In this document: piece after piece, positions 39,999 through 49,427 of the stretch | How positions within the stretch are numbered: the first letter of the stretch is position 1 | How the letters are laid out: each line of letters starts with the position of its first letter | Source: Thermoplasmata archaeon | Lineage (GTDB): Archaea; Thermoplasmatota; E2; JACPAO01; JAHFTW01 | Direction: 5' to 3' | Assembly: GCA_034667725.1 (NCBI GenBank) | Contig: JAXDQS010000003.1 | Span: 192,001-256,000, forward strand | Length of the DNA: 64,000 nucleotides | The notes under the pieces: generated by a model | Seen by the model: the letters and a program-made list of their open reading frames with translations, nothing else | The model's database searches: none | What the model was told of the DNA's origin: nothing | Made by a program: the position numbers and the translations under genes

Positions 39999-40954
39999 TT
40001 GGCGGCCTCCGTGAGGGCGGCCCACGCCATGTCGCGGTTCGAGCCGCCGGCGTAGCGCTTGCCCCAGAGCAGGATGACGCCGACGTCCACCAGGTCGGGG
40101 AACATCTTGAGGGCGTTCTCGACCGCCTTCTTCGGGCTGGTGCCGGACTCCAGGTCCTGGTGGATGCGGAACGAGAGGATCTTGCGGGCGAGGAAGTCGC
40201 CGTCGCCGGTCACGGCCACGGCGCCGCGCTCGCTGGCGTAGATGCCGCAGCCGATGAGCGGCACGTCGCCGACGCGGCCCAGGAGCGTGCTGATGGTGCC
40301 GCCCGTCGAGCTGGCGGCGGCGTAGGTCTTGCCGTCGGTGCACACACAGCCCACCGTGTCCGAGCCGCCGCCCATGGCCTCCTTGAGGTCGCGGGCGTAG
40401 TTCCAGTGCGACGCCAGGCTGGGCAGGTCCCACGCGTACTCCTGCGCCTGCGCCTTGGCGAGCCGCAGCACCTTGAGCACCTGGGTGTACTTCTGGCGCG
40501 CCAGTTCGGTGGTCGGGTCGTACTCCTCGAAGCCGCGGGCGCGGGCGTAGACGATGGCGCCGTCCCCCGCCAGCAGGTTGTGCGGCGTCTCGTGCAGCAG
40601 GCGCGCGACCCGGACCGGGTTCTTGACGCCCCGGATGTTGGTGACGCCGCCGAACTTGCCGTCGGAGGTCATGCAGGCGGCGTCCATCTCGATGGTCTTG
40701 CCGTCGAGGCGCAGGTTGGAGCCGGTGCCGGCGTTGAAGCGCGGGTCGTCCTCCAGGTGCGCGCAGCCGGCCACGGCCGCGTCCAACGGCGTCCCGCCCT
40801 TCCGGAGGACCTCCATGCCTGCGCGGCACGCCGCCTCCGGCCCGTCGACCTCGGTGCGGCTCGAGCCCGCGCCGCCGTGGGCCAGGATGGCGCGCCGGAG
40901 CTTGGGGGCCTTCGCCACCGTGGGCGGCGAGACGTACCTGCGGGTGGGGCTCAT
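39995..40954 (-). CDS. iaaA: isoaspartyl dipeptidase (Ntn/asparaginase_2)
   Basis: HGGAG, FNAGTG, DTVG, STGG, GRVGD, TGDG; first gene of the cph operon. Confidence 0.9.
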   Translation of the reverse strand: MSPTRRYVSPPTVAKAPKLRRAILAHGGAGSSRTEVDGPEAACRAGMEVLRKGGTPLDAAVAGCAHLEDDPRFNAGTGSNLRLDGKTIEMDAACMTSDGKFGGVTNIRGVKNPVRVARLLHETPHNLLAGDGAIVYARARGFEEYDPTTELARQKYTQVLKVLRLAKAQAQEYAWDLPSLASHWNYARDLKEAMGGGSDTVGCVCTDGKTYAAASSTGGTISTLLGRVGDVPLIGCGIYASERGAVAVTGDGDFLARKILSFRIHQDLESGTSPKKAVENALKMFPDLVDVGVILLWGKRYAGGSNRDMAWAALTEAAK

Positions 40955-41158
40955 GCGCCGCCGGGCACCGGGCCGCTTGCGGTTGAGGGTTGCGCCCGCG
41001 GCTCCCGATTGCCCACGCCAACCCGTTGCCGGCATCGCAAGCAAGGTCGTTGGGGCCCGGCGAGCCACGATTAGCCAGAATCTACAAATGGTTGCATGCA
41101 AAGCGGGCCAGGATTGTCCAAAAACGAGACAAAGGCCCTGTTCCCTGCCGCCCCTCGG

Positions 41159-41734
41159 ATGACCGAGCCGCCGCCGACCCGCCTCCACCCGCTGCGCGTC
41201 CTGGAAAGCCCCATGCGCGCCGCCATGGTCGCCGCCGTCCTCGACACCCCAGGATTGTTCCTGGGCGAGCTGGCCGCCCGCGTCGGCTGCTCGCGCGCCA
41301 CCGCCCGCCACCACCTCAAGGTGCTGCGCCGCGCCGGCCTCCTGAGCATCGTCTCCTGGGGCCGCCGCACCGCCGTGTTCCCCGCCACCATGCAGACGGC
41401 CGAGCAGGACGCCTGGGCCGCCTTGCAGCGCGGCCGCACCATGGACCTCGCCCGCCTGGTGCGCGCCGAGCCCGGCCTCGTGCAGAAGGAGATCACCGCC
41501 CGCCTCGGCCTCACCCGCAAGATGCTGCGCCGCTACGTCGACGCCCTGGTGCTCGGCGGCCTGCTGCAAGAGCTCGAGGACCCGCCGTTCCGCACCTACC
41601 ACCCCACTCCGCTCCTAGGCCTCCTGCTCGACCTGGGGACGCCGGCAGGGATGATGGTGCCCGAGGCCGTCTGGATCGAGGAGAAACCCGACGACGAGGA
41701 GCTCGTGAAGGCGGCCACGGCCGGTCGCGTCTAA
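41159..41734 (+). CDS. double winged-HTH transcription regulator
   Basis: PG..LGELA..ATARHHL..L and PG..QKEI..LG..L..YV..L; divergent from the cph operon. Confidence 0.8.
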   Translation: MTEPPPTRLHPLRVLESPMRAAMVAAVLDTPGLFLGELAARVGCSRATARHHLKVLRRAGLLSIVSWGRRTAVFPATMQTAEQDAWAALQRGRTMDLARLVRAEPGLVQKEITARLGLTRKMLRRYVDALVLGGLLQELEDPPFRTYHPTPLLGLLLDLGTPAGMMVPEAVWIEEKPDDEELVKAATAGRV

Positions 41735-41759
41735 ACGCCCCCCACGCATCCGCAGGGCG

Positions 41760-42389
41760 ATGGCGCGAACGACCGGGACGGCCGTCCTGATGGCGCTCGC
41801 GGGAGCGGCCATCCTGGCGGGCGGCGTGCTGCATCCGCAGGTGCCGCCGGAGCCCGGCGACCAACAGGCCGCCATCGCGGCGTCCACCCTGTGGGCGCCG
41901 GCGCATTGGCTGCTGACCCTCGGCCAGGCCGCGGCCGTGGCCTGCGTGGCCATGGTCGCCGTCGTCGCCGCCCGTTCCGCGCTGGCCGTCGCGGGCGGCG
42001 CGGCCTTGGCGCTTGGCTTGGCGTTCGGCGTGCTCGGCACCCTGCTTGCGGCCACGGGGCTCCGGGCCGCCGCCGTCAGCGGCGACACGGCGGCGTTCGC
42101 GGCCTGGGGCGACGCCGCCATGGGCGTCGGCTGGCTGTGCCTGCTGCTGTCGGCGGCGGGTGCCGCCGCATGGGGCTGGGACATGATGCGCGCTCCCTGG
42201 CTGCTGCCAAAGCTGGGCGCCTTGGTGCTGCTGGCCGGAAGCCTGCTGTTGCTGGTTGCCGCCGCAGCGGTCCCCTACGACCACTGGTGGACGCACCAAT
42301 ACGTCCTGCGGGCCGGCGCCCTGGGGCTGGGCGTGGGGCTGCTGGGGCTTGCGGCCGCCTGGCGGGCTAGGCCTTCGGCAGCGGCTTGA
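41760..42389 (+). CDS. membrane protein
   Basis: About 6 TM, LHP and W..AH motifs. Confidence 0.6.
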   Translation: MARTTGTAVLMALAGAAILAGGVLHPQVPPEPGDQQAAIAASTLWAPAHWLLTLGQAAAVACVAMVAVVAARSALAVAGGAALALGLAFGVLGTLLAATGLRAAAVSGDTAAFAAWGDAAMGVGWLCLLLSAAGAAAWGWDMMRAPWLLPKLGALVLLAGSLLLLVAAAAVPYDHWWTHQYVLRAGALGLGVGLLGLAAAWRARPSAAA

Positions 42390-43839
42390 CCGCCGGCCCG
42401 CGCAGCACGGCGCCGTCGGGGCCGAAGCGCGACCCATGGCAAGGACAGTCCCAGCTCTGCTCCAGCGCGTTCCAGGCCACGATGCAGCCCTTGTGCGTGC
42501 ACGCCGCCTGGACCGTGTGCTCCGCGTCGTCCATCGTCCGGCAGACGGCGACCTTGTGCAGGCCCCGGTCCTCGATGTGGCCCTCGCCGGGCCCAAGCGG
42601 GGCGTGGGAGCCACGCTGCAAGCGGTCGCCGACGAGCCCGCGCGCGATGGTGGCGCCGGAGGCCAGCATCCGCGGGTTGAGGATGCCCTTCGCGAGCCGG
42701 TCGGCGCTGTAGGGATCGTACAGGGCCGCAAGCGGGTTCTCCTTGCCCAGCACGAGGTCCGTCAGCAACTGGGCGGCCACCGTGCCTTGGGTCATGCCCC
42801 AGGCACGGAACCCGGTCGCGGCGTAGGTGCCCTTGGCCTTCGGGGTGTAGCGCCCGACCAGCGGCAGGTCGTCCAACGGATAGTAGTCCTGGCTCGACCA
42901 ATGGTAGCGCGCGGCCCCGGCGCCGAGCTGGCGCGAGAACTCCGCGAGCGCCTCGTAATGGGGATGCGGCTTCTTCTCGCCCACCGCATGCGTCTCGCCC
43001 ACGAACACCAGCATCGGGCCGTCGGGCCCCTCGAACGGCCGCACGCTGCGGCGCGGCTCGTCCGCGCTCACGTGCATCCCCCGAACCTGGCTCGACCCCG
43101 CGTCCGCCGCCAACCCGTACTCGCGCTTGGCGTGCATCCGCGTCACGAAGAACCAGTCGTCCAAGACCGGGACGTTGGTGGCCACCAAGACCTGCTGCGC
43201 CGTCACCGCGCCGCCCGCCGTCGTGACCTTGCAGCGCTCCCCGTCCTCGATGCCCGTGACGCGCGAACCCTCGAAGACCACGACGTCGCGGGCCAGGCCG
43301 AGCAGATACTTGCGGGGATGGAAGTGGCCTTGCCCGTCGAACCGGACGGCCGCCGCGACCTGGAACGGCAGATCGGTGTCCACCACCAACGACGCCGGCA
43401 GCCCCAGCTCCTGCGACGCCTCCGCCTCCTGCGCGAACTCCTTGGCGCGGGCATCGTGCGTTGTGTAGACATGGTTGGGCGCGTCCACCCACTGCGCACC
43501 CTCCGACCGCGACCGCATGAAGCCGACCGCACGCTCATTGGCCTGCGCATGGACTCGAACCCGCTCCACCCCGAAGCGGGTGGTGAGGCGATGATAGCCG
43601 ATGCCATGCTGCGACGTCACCTTGGCCGTCGTCTGGCCCGACACGCCCGCCCCGACGGCGCCCGCCTCGACCACGACGACCCTCTTGCCGGCTTGACGCA
43701 GCAAATGGGCCGCGGTCAGGCCGACGATGCCCGCACCCACGATGGCGACGTCCGCGTCCACTTCACCCTGTAAGGCAGGCCTCGCCTCCGACGGCGCAGT
43801 GGCGATCCAGACCGATTCATGGCGCCCGGCGACGGTCAT
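42367..43839 (-). CDS. FAD-dependent oxidoreductase with C-terminal Rieske domain (YhfW-like)
   Basis: GAGIVG, TTAK, GF..WGMT, CTHKGC..WDCPCHGS. Confidence 0.9.
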   Translation of the reverse strand: MTVAGRHESVWIATAPSEARPALQGEVDADVAIVGAGIVGLTAAHLLRQAGKRVVVVEAGAVGAGVSGQTTAKVTSQHGIGYHRLTTRFGVERVRVHAQANERAVGFMRSRSEGAQWVDAPNHVYTTHDARAKEFAQEAEASQELGLPASLVVDTDLPFQVAAAVRFDGQGHFHPRKYLLGLARDVVVFEGSRVTGIEDGERCKVTTAGGAVTAQQVLVATNVPVLDDWFFVTRMHAKREYGLAADAGSSQVRGMHVSADEPRRSVRPFEGPDGPMLVFVGETHAVGEKKPHPHYEALAEFSRQLGAGAARYHWSSQDYYPLDDLPLVGRYTPKAKGTYAATGFRAWGMTQGTVAAQLLTDLVLGKENPLAALYDPYSADRLAKGILNPRMLASGATIARGLVGDRLQRGSHAPLGPGEGHIEDRGLHKVAVCRTMDDAEHTVQAACTHKGCIVAWNALEQSWDCPCHGSRFGPDGAVLRGPAVKPLPKA

Positions 43840-44018
43840 CGCGACGGCATGCGGGCGGTGGCGATAAACCACCGGGAGGCGGCACTGCGGGGCGACGTCG
43901 CGAACCCTTGAAGGCGACGACTTCCAACATGGGGTTGATTGACGACGCACGCGCCAACAGGAGGGCAGCAAAAGGGGTGTCCAAAACCCCCTTGCTGCTC
44001 CGTCCCTCCTGTTCTCGA

Positions 44019-44037
44019 AAGTGGGCCCGTCCAGATT
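44019..44037. repeat. duplicated tRNA-Pro 3' end (att-like)
   Basis: aagtgggcccgtccagatt equals 44153-44171. Confidence 0.8.
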
Positions 44038-44155
44038 CGAGGCCAAGGCCACTGCGTGGCCTCGGCCATGACCTCGCGCCTGACGGCGCTTGGCAAATCT
44101 GGACAGCCTCTGCCGAGGCGCACCGGCGCGCCAAGAGCCGCCGTGCTGCACGAAG

Positions 44156-44228
44156 TGGGCCCGTCCAGATTTGAACTGGAGGCTACTGCACCCCAAGCAG
44201 CAAGGTTACCAAACTACCCCACGGGCCC
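44156..44228 (-). tRNA. tRNA-Pro(GGG)
   Basis: GGGCCCG..GCTGC TT GGG GT GCAGT..TTCAAAT..CGGGCCC A. Confidence 0.93.
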
Positions 44229-44358
44229 CGCGTGCCTGGGGCGCTGCGGGCCTCCGTCATCGCCGAAGCTTGGAGGCCTGGGGTCTCCCCGGGCACGTGC
44301 CAAGGGCCCGAGGGCCCCTGGTGCAGGCGCGCCACAAACCGGCGGTATAAGGCCCCTT

Positions 44359-46053
44359 CTACCGGCGGCGGGGGCGCGCCATGCCGGCGGCCGCGAGCAG
44401 GGCGACGACGGCGAGCCCGGCCCATGGCGCGGGGATGTCGAAGCTGTCGTCGCTGCTGGAGCTGCTGGCGGGCGTCGTGGTGGCGGGCGGGATGCCGACC
44501 TCGATGGTGTAGTCGAACTCGACGATGTTGTTGGCTTCGTCCTTTTCGGGGACGAGGTTGTCGGGGTCGATGGCGAGGACGTAGTGGTTGGTGGTGGGCT
44601 GCTCGTCGACGGTGCGTTCGAGGCGGGTCTCGGCGCCGGGCTGGAGGGCGGGGATGTCGAGGCTGAGCCAGGGTTGGCCGTCGCGGGTGTAGGTGAGCTT
44701 GGTGGGCGCGGACGCGGCTTCGCCTGAGTTGCGGACGTTGAGCCAGAGCAGGGTGGTGGTGAGCTTGCCGTCGGCGGGGTGGAGGTCGGCCTGCTTGGGC
44801 CGCACGGGCCCGAAGGCGTAGAGGGTGCCGTCGGTGGCGGCGACGAACGCCATGCTGCCGTCGATGGCGGGGCTGGTGCTGACGGCGGCGGGGGTCTCGA
44901 CGGTGCGCAGGATGGTGCCGTTGCTGGCGGCGATCCAGTAGACGCGCTTGTCTTCGGAGCCGACGGTGACGATGCCGTTGGCGATGGCGGGGCTGGAGGT
45001 GACGGGCTCGAGGTTGCTGCCTGCGACGGTTTCCCAGACCTTGGTGCCGTCGCCGGTGTTGAGGGCGTAGACGCGGCCGGTGTTGGTGCCGACAAAGACG
45101 CGGTCGCCGGAGTTGGCGGGGCTGGAGTGGACCTTGGCGCCGCGGGCGGTGCTGTCGCCGACGGGGTCGGGGGCCTGGAAGCTCCAGTCGGGGGTGTGGA
45201 AGGCGCCGTTGCAGGGGTTGTTGCCTTCGCCCGAGGCGGTGGCGAGGTAGCCGCGGACGTAGCCGTCGTAGCTGCCGACGACGACGCGGGTGGTGCCTTG
45301 GTGGGTGGCGATGGTGGGGGCGCCCACGACGATGTCGTCGGTCTTGTGAATCCAGCGGATGTTGGTCTTGCCGTCGCCGTTGCCGTCCTCGGCGAGGGCG
45401 ACGACGTAGTGGTTGAGGGCGCCGAAGAACACCTTGCCGCCGAAGACGGCGGGGGCGCCGCGGATGGGCATGGCGGCCACAGGGTTGGTGCAGGTCCAGC
45501 CGGTGGCGGTCGCGAACGTGGCGGTGAGGCGGATCTCGGTGAGCTTGAAGGTCCAGAGGAGGGTGAGCGTGCTGGCGAGGTAGGCGCGCAGCTCGCCGGC
45601 TTCGTTGCCGACGAACAGCTTGCCTTCGTGCTCGGTGATGGAGCCGAGGGTGGCGCCGACGCTGGCGGTGTGCTCGACGCGGCCGTCGCGCAGGTTGAGC
45701 GCCTTGAGGTTGCCGGCCTTGTCGACGACGTAGGCGCGTTCGCCCGCGATGGCGCCGGTGCCTTCGACGCCGGCGTCCATCTGGTGGCGCCACAGCTCCT
45801 TGCCGGTGCGGCTGTCGAGCGCCTGGACGAGACCGGCGGCCGACGCGGTGAGCAGGAGGTGGTCCTTCAGGATGGGGCTGGCCTTGGCCTGGGCGTCGCC
45901 TTCGGCCTTGACGGTCCACCAGGTCTCGGCGGGGACGCCGTAGGCGGTGCCGCTGGCGAAGCCGGTGTTGCGGTCGTCGCCGTGGAACGAGGCCCAGTCG
46001 CCGGCGGCGGCCGGCGCCAGGAGCAAGCAGGCCAGCAACGGGGCGAGACGCAC
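44359..46053 (-). CDS. PQQ-like beta-propeller surface protein with CARDB domain and C-terminal sorting signal
   Basis: W..FHGD..NTG; repeated SSPA/G..LW; IDPDNLVPEKDEANN; IPAP-TM-RRR tail. Confidence 0.85.
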   Translation of the reverse strand: MRLAPLLACLLLAPAAAGDWASFHGDDRNTGFASGTAYGVPAETWWTVKAEGDAQAKASPILKDHLLLTASAAGLVQALDSRTGKELWRHQMDAGVEGTGAIAGERAYVVDKAGNLKALNLRDGRVEHTASVGATLGSITEHEGKLFVGNEAGELRAYLASTLTLLWTFKLTEIRLTATFATATGWTCTNPVAAMPIRGAPAVFGGKVFFGALNHYVVALAEDGNGDGKTNIRWIHKTDDIVVGAPTIATHQGTTRVVVGSYDGYVRGYLATASGEGNNPCNGAFHTPDWSFQAPDPVGDSTARGAKVHSSPANSGDRVFVGTNTGRVYALNTGDGTKVWETVAGSNLEPVTSSPAIANGIVTVGSEDKRVYWIAASNGTILRTVETPAAVSTSPAIDGSMAFVAATDGTLYAFGPVRPKQADLHPADGKLTTTLLWLNVRNSGEAASAPTKLTYTRDGQPWLSLDIPALQPGAETRLERTVDEQPTTNHYVLAIDPDNLVPEKDEANNIVEFDYTIEVGIPPATTTPASSSSSDDSFDIPAPWAGLAVVALLAAAGMARPRRR

Positions 46054-46154
46054 GCGGGTGGACCTGGGTCCTGCATAAAGAACACGTGCGCTGGCCGGCG
46101 AGGCCTGGGGCGGGGGGTGGCGGCCCCTATAAGCCGGGGAAGCTTGGGCGGCGC

Positions 46155-46382
46155 GTGAAGGTCGAGGTGAGCCACGGCCGCTGCATCAGTTGCGCCGGCT
46201 GCGTGGGCGTCTGCCCCGTGGACACGATCACGCTCAACGAGCTGCATCTGGTCGTCGACCAAGCCCCTTGCATCAGTTGCGGGCTGTGCATCCAGTTCTG
46301 CCCCGTGGGCGCCCTGACGCAGGGCGCGGACTACGGCGCGCCGGCGGAGCGCAAGCGCGACCGGGTGCTGGTGGTGCGCTGA
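46155..46382 (+). CDS. 2x[4Fe-4S] ferredoxin
   Basis: CISCAGCVGVCP and CISCGLCIQFCP. Confidence 0.92.
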   Translation: MKVEVSHGRCISCAGCVGVCPVDTITLNELHLVVDQAPCISCGLCIQFCPVGALTQGADYGAPAERKRDRVLVVR

Positions 46383-47761
46383 TGGCCGGGATCGCGGGCA
46401 CGCCGGACATGACGGTCACGGGCAAGCCGCTCGTCGGCCTCCGGCCCGGCACCATCCCCCGCGCCGTCGACCTGCAGGTCGACGTGCTGGTGGTGGGGCT
46501 CGGGCCGGGCGGGCTCATCGCGTGCCGCGACTTCGCGCGCCAAGGCTTCACGGTGCTGGGCATCGACCGCAAGCAGGAACTGGGCTGGCCGAAGCGGTGC
46601 GCCGAGGGCGTGTCCGACGAGGGCCTGGCGCATTGCGGCGTCAAGGCGGACCCGGCGTGGGCGTACGGGCGCATCGAGGGCGCGGCGTTGTACGCGCCGA
46701 GCGGCAAGCGCGTCATCCTGGAAGGCTCCGACACCTACGGCTGGGTGGTGGAGCGCAAGATCTTCGAGAAGCACCTCGCGCGCGACGCCATCCAGGCGGG
46801 CGCGAAGCTCATGGTCAAGACGCAGGCGACGGCGCTCCTGAAGGACGCGGCCGGCGCGGTGGTGGGCGTCGAGGCGGAGTTCATGGGCAAGCGCTTCCAA
46901 GTCCGGGCGCGGCTGACCATTGGCGCGGACGGCATCGACTCGTTCATCGGCAAGTGGGCGGGCCTGCGGACCCTCAACCGGGTGCGCGACTACCACGCCG
47001 GCTTCCAGTACGAGATGGTGGGCGTGCAGGGCTACGAGCAGAACTGGCTGCACCTCTACTTCGGCGAGGACGTGGCGCCCAAGGGCTACGTCTGGATCTT
47101 CCCCAAGGGCGACGGCGTGTCGAACGTCGGCATCGGCATCCTGGCGAAGGAGTCGGAGTGGGGCAACCGGGCGCAGGACTACCTCGACCGGTGGATCGAG
47201 CGCAACCCCCAGATGTTCGCGCACGCCTCGGTCACGGAGATCAACGGCAGCGGCATCCCCGTCTCGTCCCGCGTGCCCGAGCCGGTCGCGGACGGCGTCA
47301 TGCTGGTGGGCGACGCGGCCCAGCTCGTGAACCCCATCCACGGCGGCGGCATCATCATCGCGATGCGGGCGGCCATGATCGCGGCCCGCGTCGGCGGCGA
47401 GGCCATCCGGAAGGGCGACGTCTCCAAGGCGGCCCTCCAGCCCTACGTGGTCGAGTACCAGACCAAGGACGAGGGCGCCGTCACCGAGAAGCTGCTGAAG
47501 ATGCGCTACTTCATGGAGAACCTGACCGACAAGGACTTCGAGCGCCTGGCCGGCATCCTCGACGGCAAGGTCATCATGGAGGTCGCGAACGCCCAGTTCC
47601 CGACCTTCGTCAAGCTGCTGCTGAAGCACTTCCCCAAGATGGCGCCGCTGGTGCGCAAATACATCCTCGCAGTCAAGCAGATGGAGCAGGAGAAGGCCAA
47701 ACGCGACTGGGACGAAGTGGACGAGCTCTTGGCCGAGGCCGAGGCGAAGGTCGCGGCTTGA
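46382..47761 (+). CDS. digeranylgeranylglycerophospholipid reductase (GGR)
   Basis: GLGPGG, CAEG, GADG, YVWIFP, GDAA..PIHGGGI. Confidence 0.9.
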   Translation: MAGIAGTPDMTVTGKPLVGLRPGTIPRAVDLQVDVLVVGLGPGGLIACRDFARQGFTVLGIDRKQELGWPKRCAEGVSDEGLAHCGVKADPAWAYGRIEGAALYAPSGKRVILEGSDTYGWVVERKIFEKHLARDAIQAGAKLMVKTQATALLKDAAGAVVGVEAEFMGKRFQVRARLTIGADGIDSFIGKWAGLRTLNRVRDYHAGFQYEMVGVQGYEQNWLHLYFGEDVAPKGYVWIFPKGDGVSNVGIGILAKESEWGNRAQDYLDRWIERNPQMFAHASVTEINGSGIPVSSRVPEPVADGVMLVGDAAQLVNPIHGGGIIIAMRAAMIAARVGGEAIRKGDVSKAALQPYVVEYQTKDEGAVTEKLLKMRYFMENLTDKDFERLAGILDGKVIMEVANAQFPTFVKLLLKHFPKMAPLVRKYILAVKQMEQEKAKRDWDEVDELLAEAEAKVAA

Positions 47762-48564
47762 CGGCGCTCGGCCTCCTCGCCTTGGCGCGCCCCGTCAACT
47801 GCGCCATCGCCGCCCTCGCCACCGTCGCCGGCTACCTGCTCGCCCAAGGCCACGACCCGTTGGCCGCCACCCTCGCCGCCCTTGCCACCGCCACCATCGC
47901 CGCCGCCGGCAACGCCCTCAACGACGCCCAGGACGCCGAGCTCGACCGGGCCGCGCACCCGCGCCGCCCCATCCCCGCGGGCCGCGCCACCCCCGCCGAG
48001 GCGCGCGGCTTCGCCGGCGCGCTCGTGGCGGTGGGGCTCGCGGCCGCGGCGGGGGCCGCAGGCTTCGCGCTGGCGGGCTTCGCGGCCGGCACCGTCGCGC
48101 TGCTGCTGCTCTACGAGTGGCGCCTGAAGCGGTGGGGCCTGGCCGGGAACGTCGCGGTCGCGGCCCTGACGGCGGCGACCCTGCTGTTCGGCGCCGCCGC
48201 GGCCGGCGCGTGGCCGCGCATCGTGGGGGTGGCCGCCGCCATGGCGTTCCTGGCGAACCTGGCGCGCGAGGTCGCCAAGGACGCCGAGGACATGGCGGCC
48301 GACGCCGGCCACCGCCGCACCTTCCCGATGCAGGTCGGCCCGCGCGCCGCCGGCGCCACGGCCTGCGGCCTGGCGCTCGCGGCGGCGGCGGTGCCGCTTG
48401 CCGCCGGGCTGCTGGATTGGGCCGTGCTGGCGGCCGCCGCCGTCGTGCTGGCGGGCGGCGCGTTGGCGGTCGCGCGGCCGGGCCTCGGGCAGCGGGTGTT
48501 GCGCGTCGGCATGGCGCTCGCGGTGGCGGGGTTCCTTGCCCTGGGCGTTTGGAATCCTTCATAG
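47758..48564 (+). CDS. DGGGP synthase (UbiA prenyltransferase)
   Basis: RPVN, NDAQDAELD..RPIPAG, REVAKDAED; TTG start overlapping the GGR stop. Confidence 0.85.
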   Translation: MTALGLLALARPVNCAIAALATVAGYLLAQGHDPLAATLAALATATIAAAGNALNDAQDAELDRAAHPRRPIPAGRATPAEARGFAGALVAVGLAAAAGAAGFALAGFAAGTVALLLLYEWRLKRWGLAGNVAVAALTAATLLFGAAAAGAWPRIVGVAAAMAFLANLAREVAKDAEDMAADAGHRRTFPMQVGPRAAGATACGLALAAAAVPLAAGLLDWAVLAAAAVVLAGGALAVARPGLGQRVLRVGMALAVAGFLALGVWNPS

Positions 48565-48587
48565 GCACGCCTGGGGTCCGACGAAGC

Positions 48588-49427
48588 GTGCTCTTCCAGC
48601 GCGGACCCAAGCCCCGCTTCGTGGAGGAGTACCTGATGCGGCACCTTCGGCATGGGCCGCTGCATATCACGCTCATCGACCCGGACAAGCAGGGGCCGGA
48701 GGAGGCGGGCGCGATGGCGAAGTCGGCGGCGGACGCGGGCAGCCACGCCATCATGGTGGGCGGCTCCACGCCGGAGCGGCGGCGCGTGCTGGACGAGGCG
48801 GTGAAGCTCATCAAGAAGGAGTCGGGGCTGCCGGTCATCCTGTTCCCGGGGGCCGCCACCCAGGTGTCCGCGCACGCCGACGCCATCTGGTTCATGTCGC
48901 TTTTGAACAGCCGCAGCCGCGAGTTCCTGGTCGGCGAGCAGGTGCGCGGCGCCCCCATCATCGAGAAGCTCGGCATCGAGCCGATCCCCATGGGCTACAT
49001 CGTGGTCGAGCCCGGCGGCACCGTCGGCCGCGTCGGCCAGGCGGACCTTCTCCGGCGCGACGACCTCGACGGCGCCATCGCCTACGCCTTGGCCGCCCAA
49101 TCGTTCGGGATGCGCTTCGTCTACCTCGAGGCCGGCTCCGGCGCCGACACGCCCGTGCCGCCCGAGATGGTGCGCGCCGTCAAGCGGGCCGTGCGCGTCC
49201 CGGTCATCGTCGGCGGCGGGCTGCGCACCGCCCAGGCGGCGCACGACGCCATCGAGGCCGGCGCCGACATCATCGTGACCGGCACCTTGGTCGAAGGGGT
49301 CACCGACGTCCGCAAGACCTTGGGCGACTACCTGTTCAGCCTGTCCGAGAAGCTCCGGCGCGAAGTCCGACGGCACCTCATCCCCGACGACGAGGGGGCG
49401 CCGCGCAAGGAGGTCGAGCCGCAATGA
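48588..49427 (+). CDS. geranylgeranylglyceryl phosphate synthase
   Basis: LIDPDK, MVGGS, FMSLLNS, YLEAGSG, VGGG, VTGT. Confidence 0.93.
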   Translation: MLFQRGPKPRFVEEYLMRHLRHGPLHITLIDPDKQGPEEAGAMAKSAADAGSHAIMVGGSTPERRRVLDEAVKLIKKESGLPVILFPGAATQVSAHADAIWFMSLLNSRSREFLVGEQVRGAPIIEKLGIEPIPMGYIVVEPGGTVGRVGQADLLRRDDLDGAIAYALAAQSFGMRFVYLEAGSGADTPVPPEMVRAVKRAVRVPVIVGGGLRTAQAAHDAIEAGADIIVTGTLVEGVTDVRKTLGDYLFSLSEKLRREVRRHLIPDDEGAPRKEVEPQ

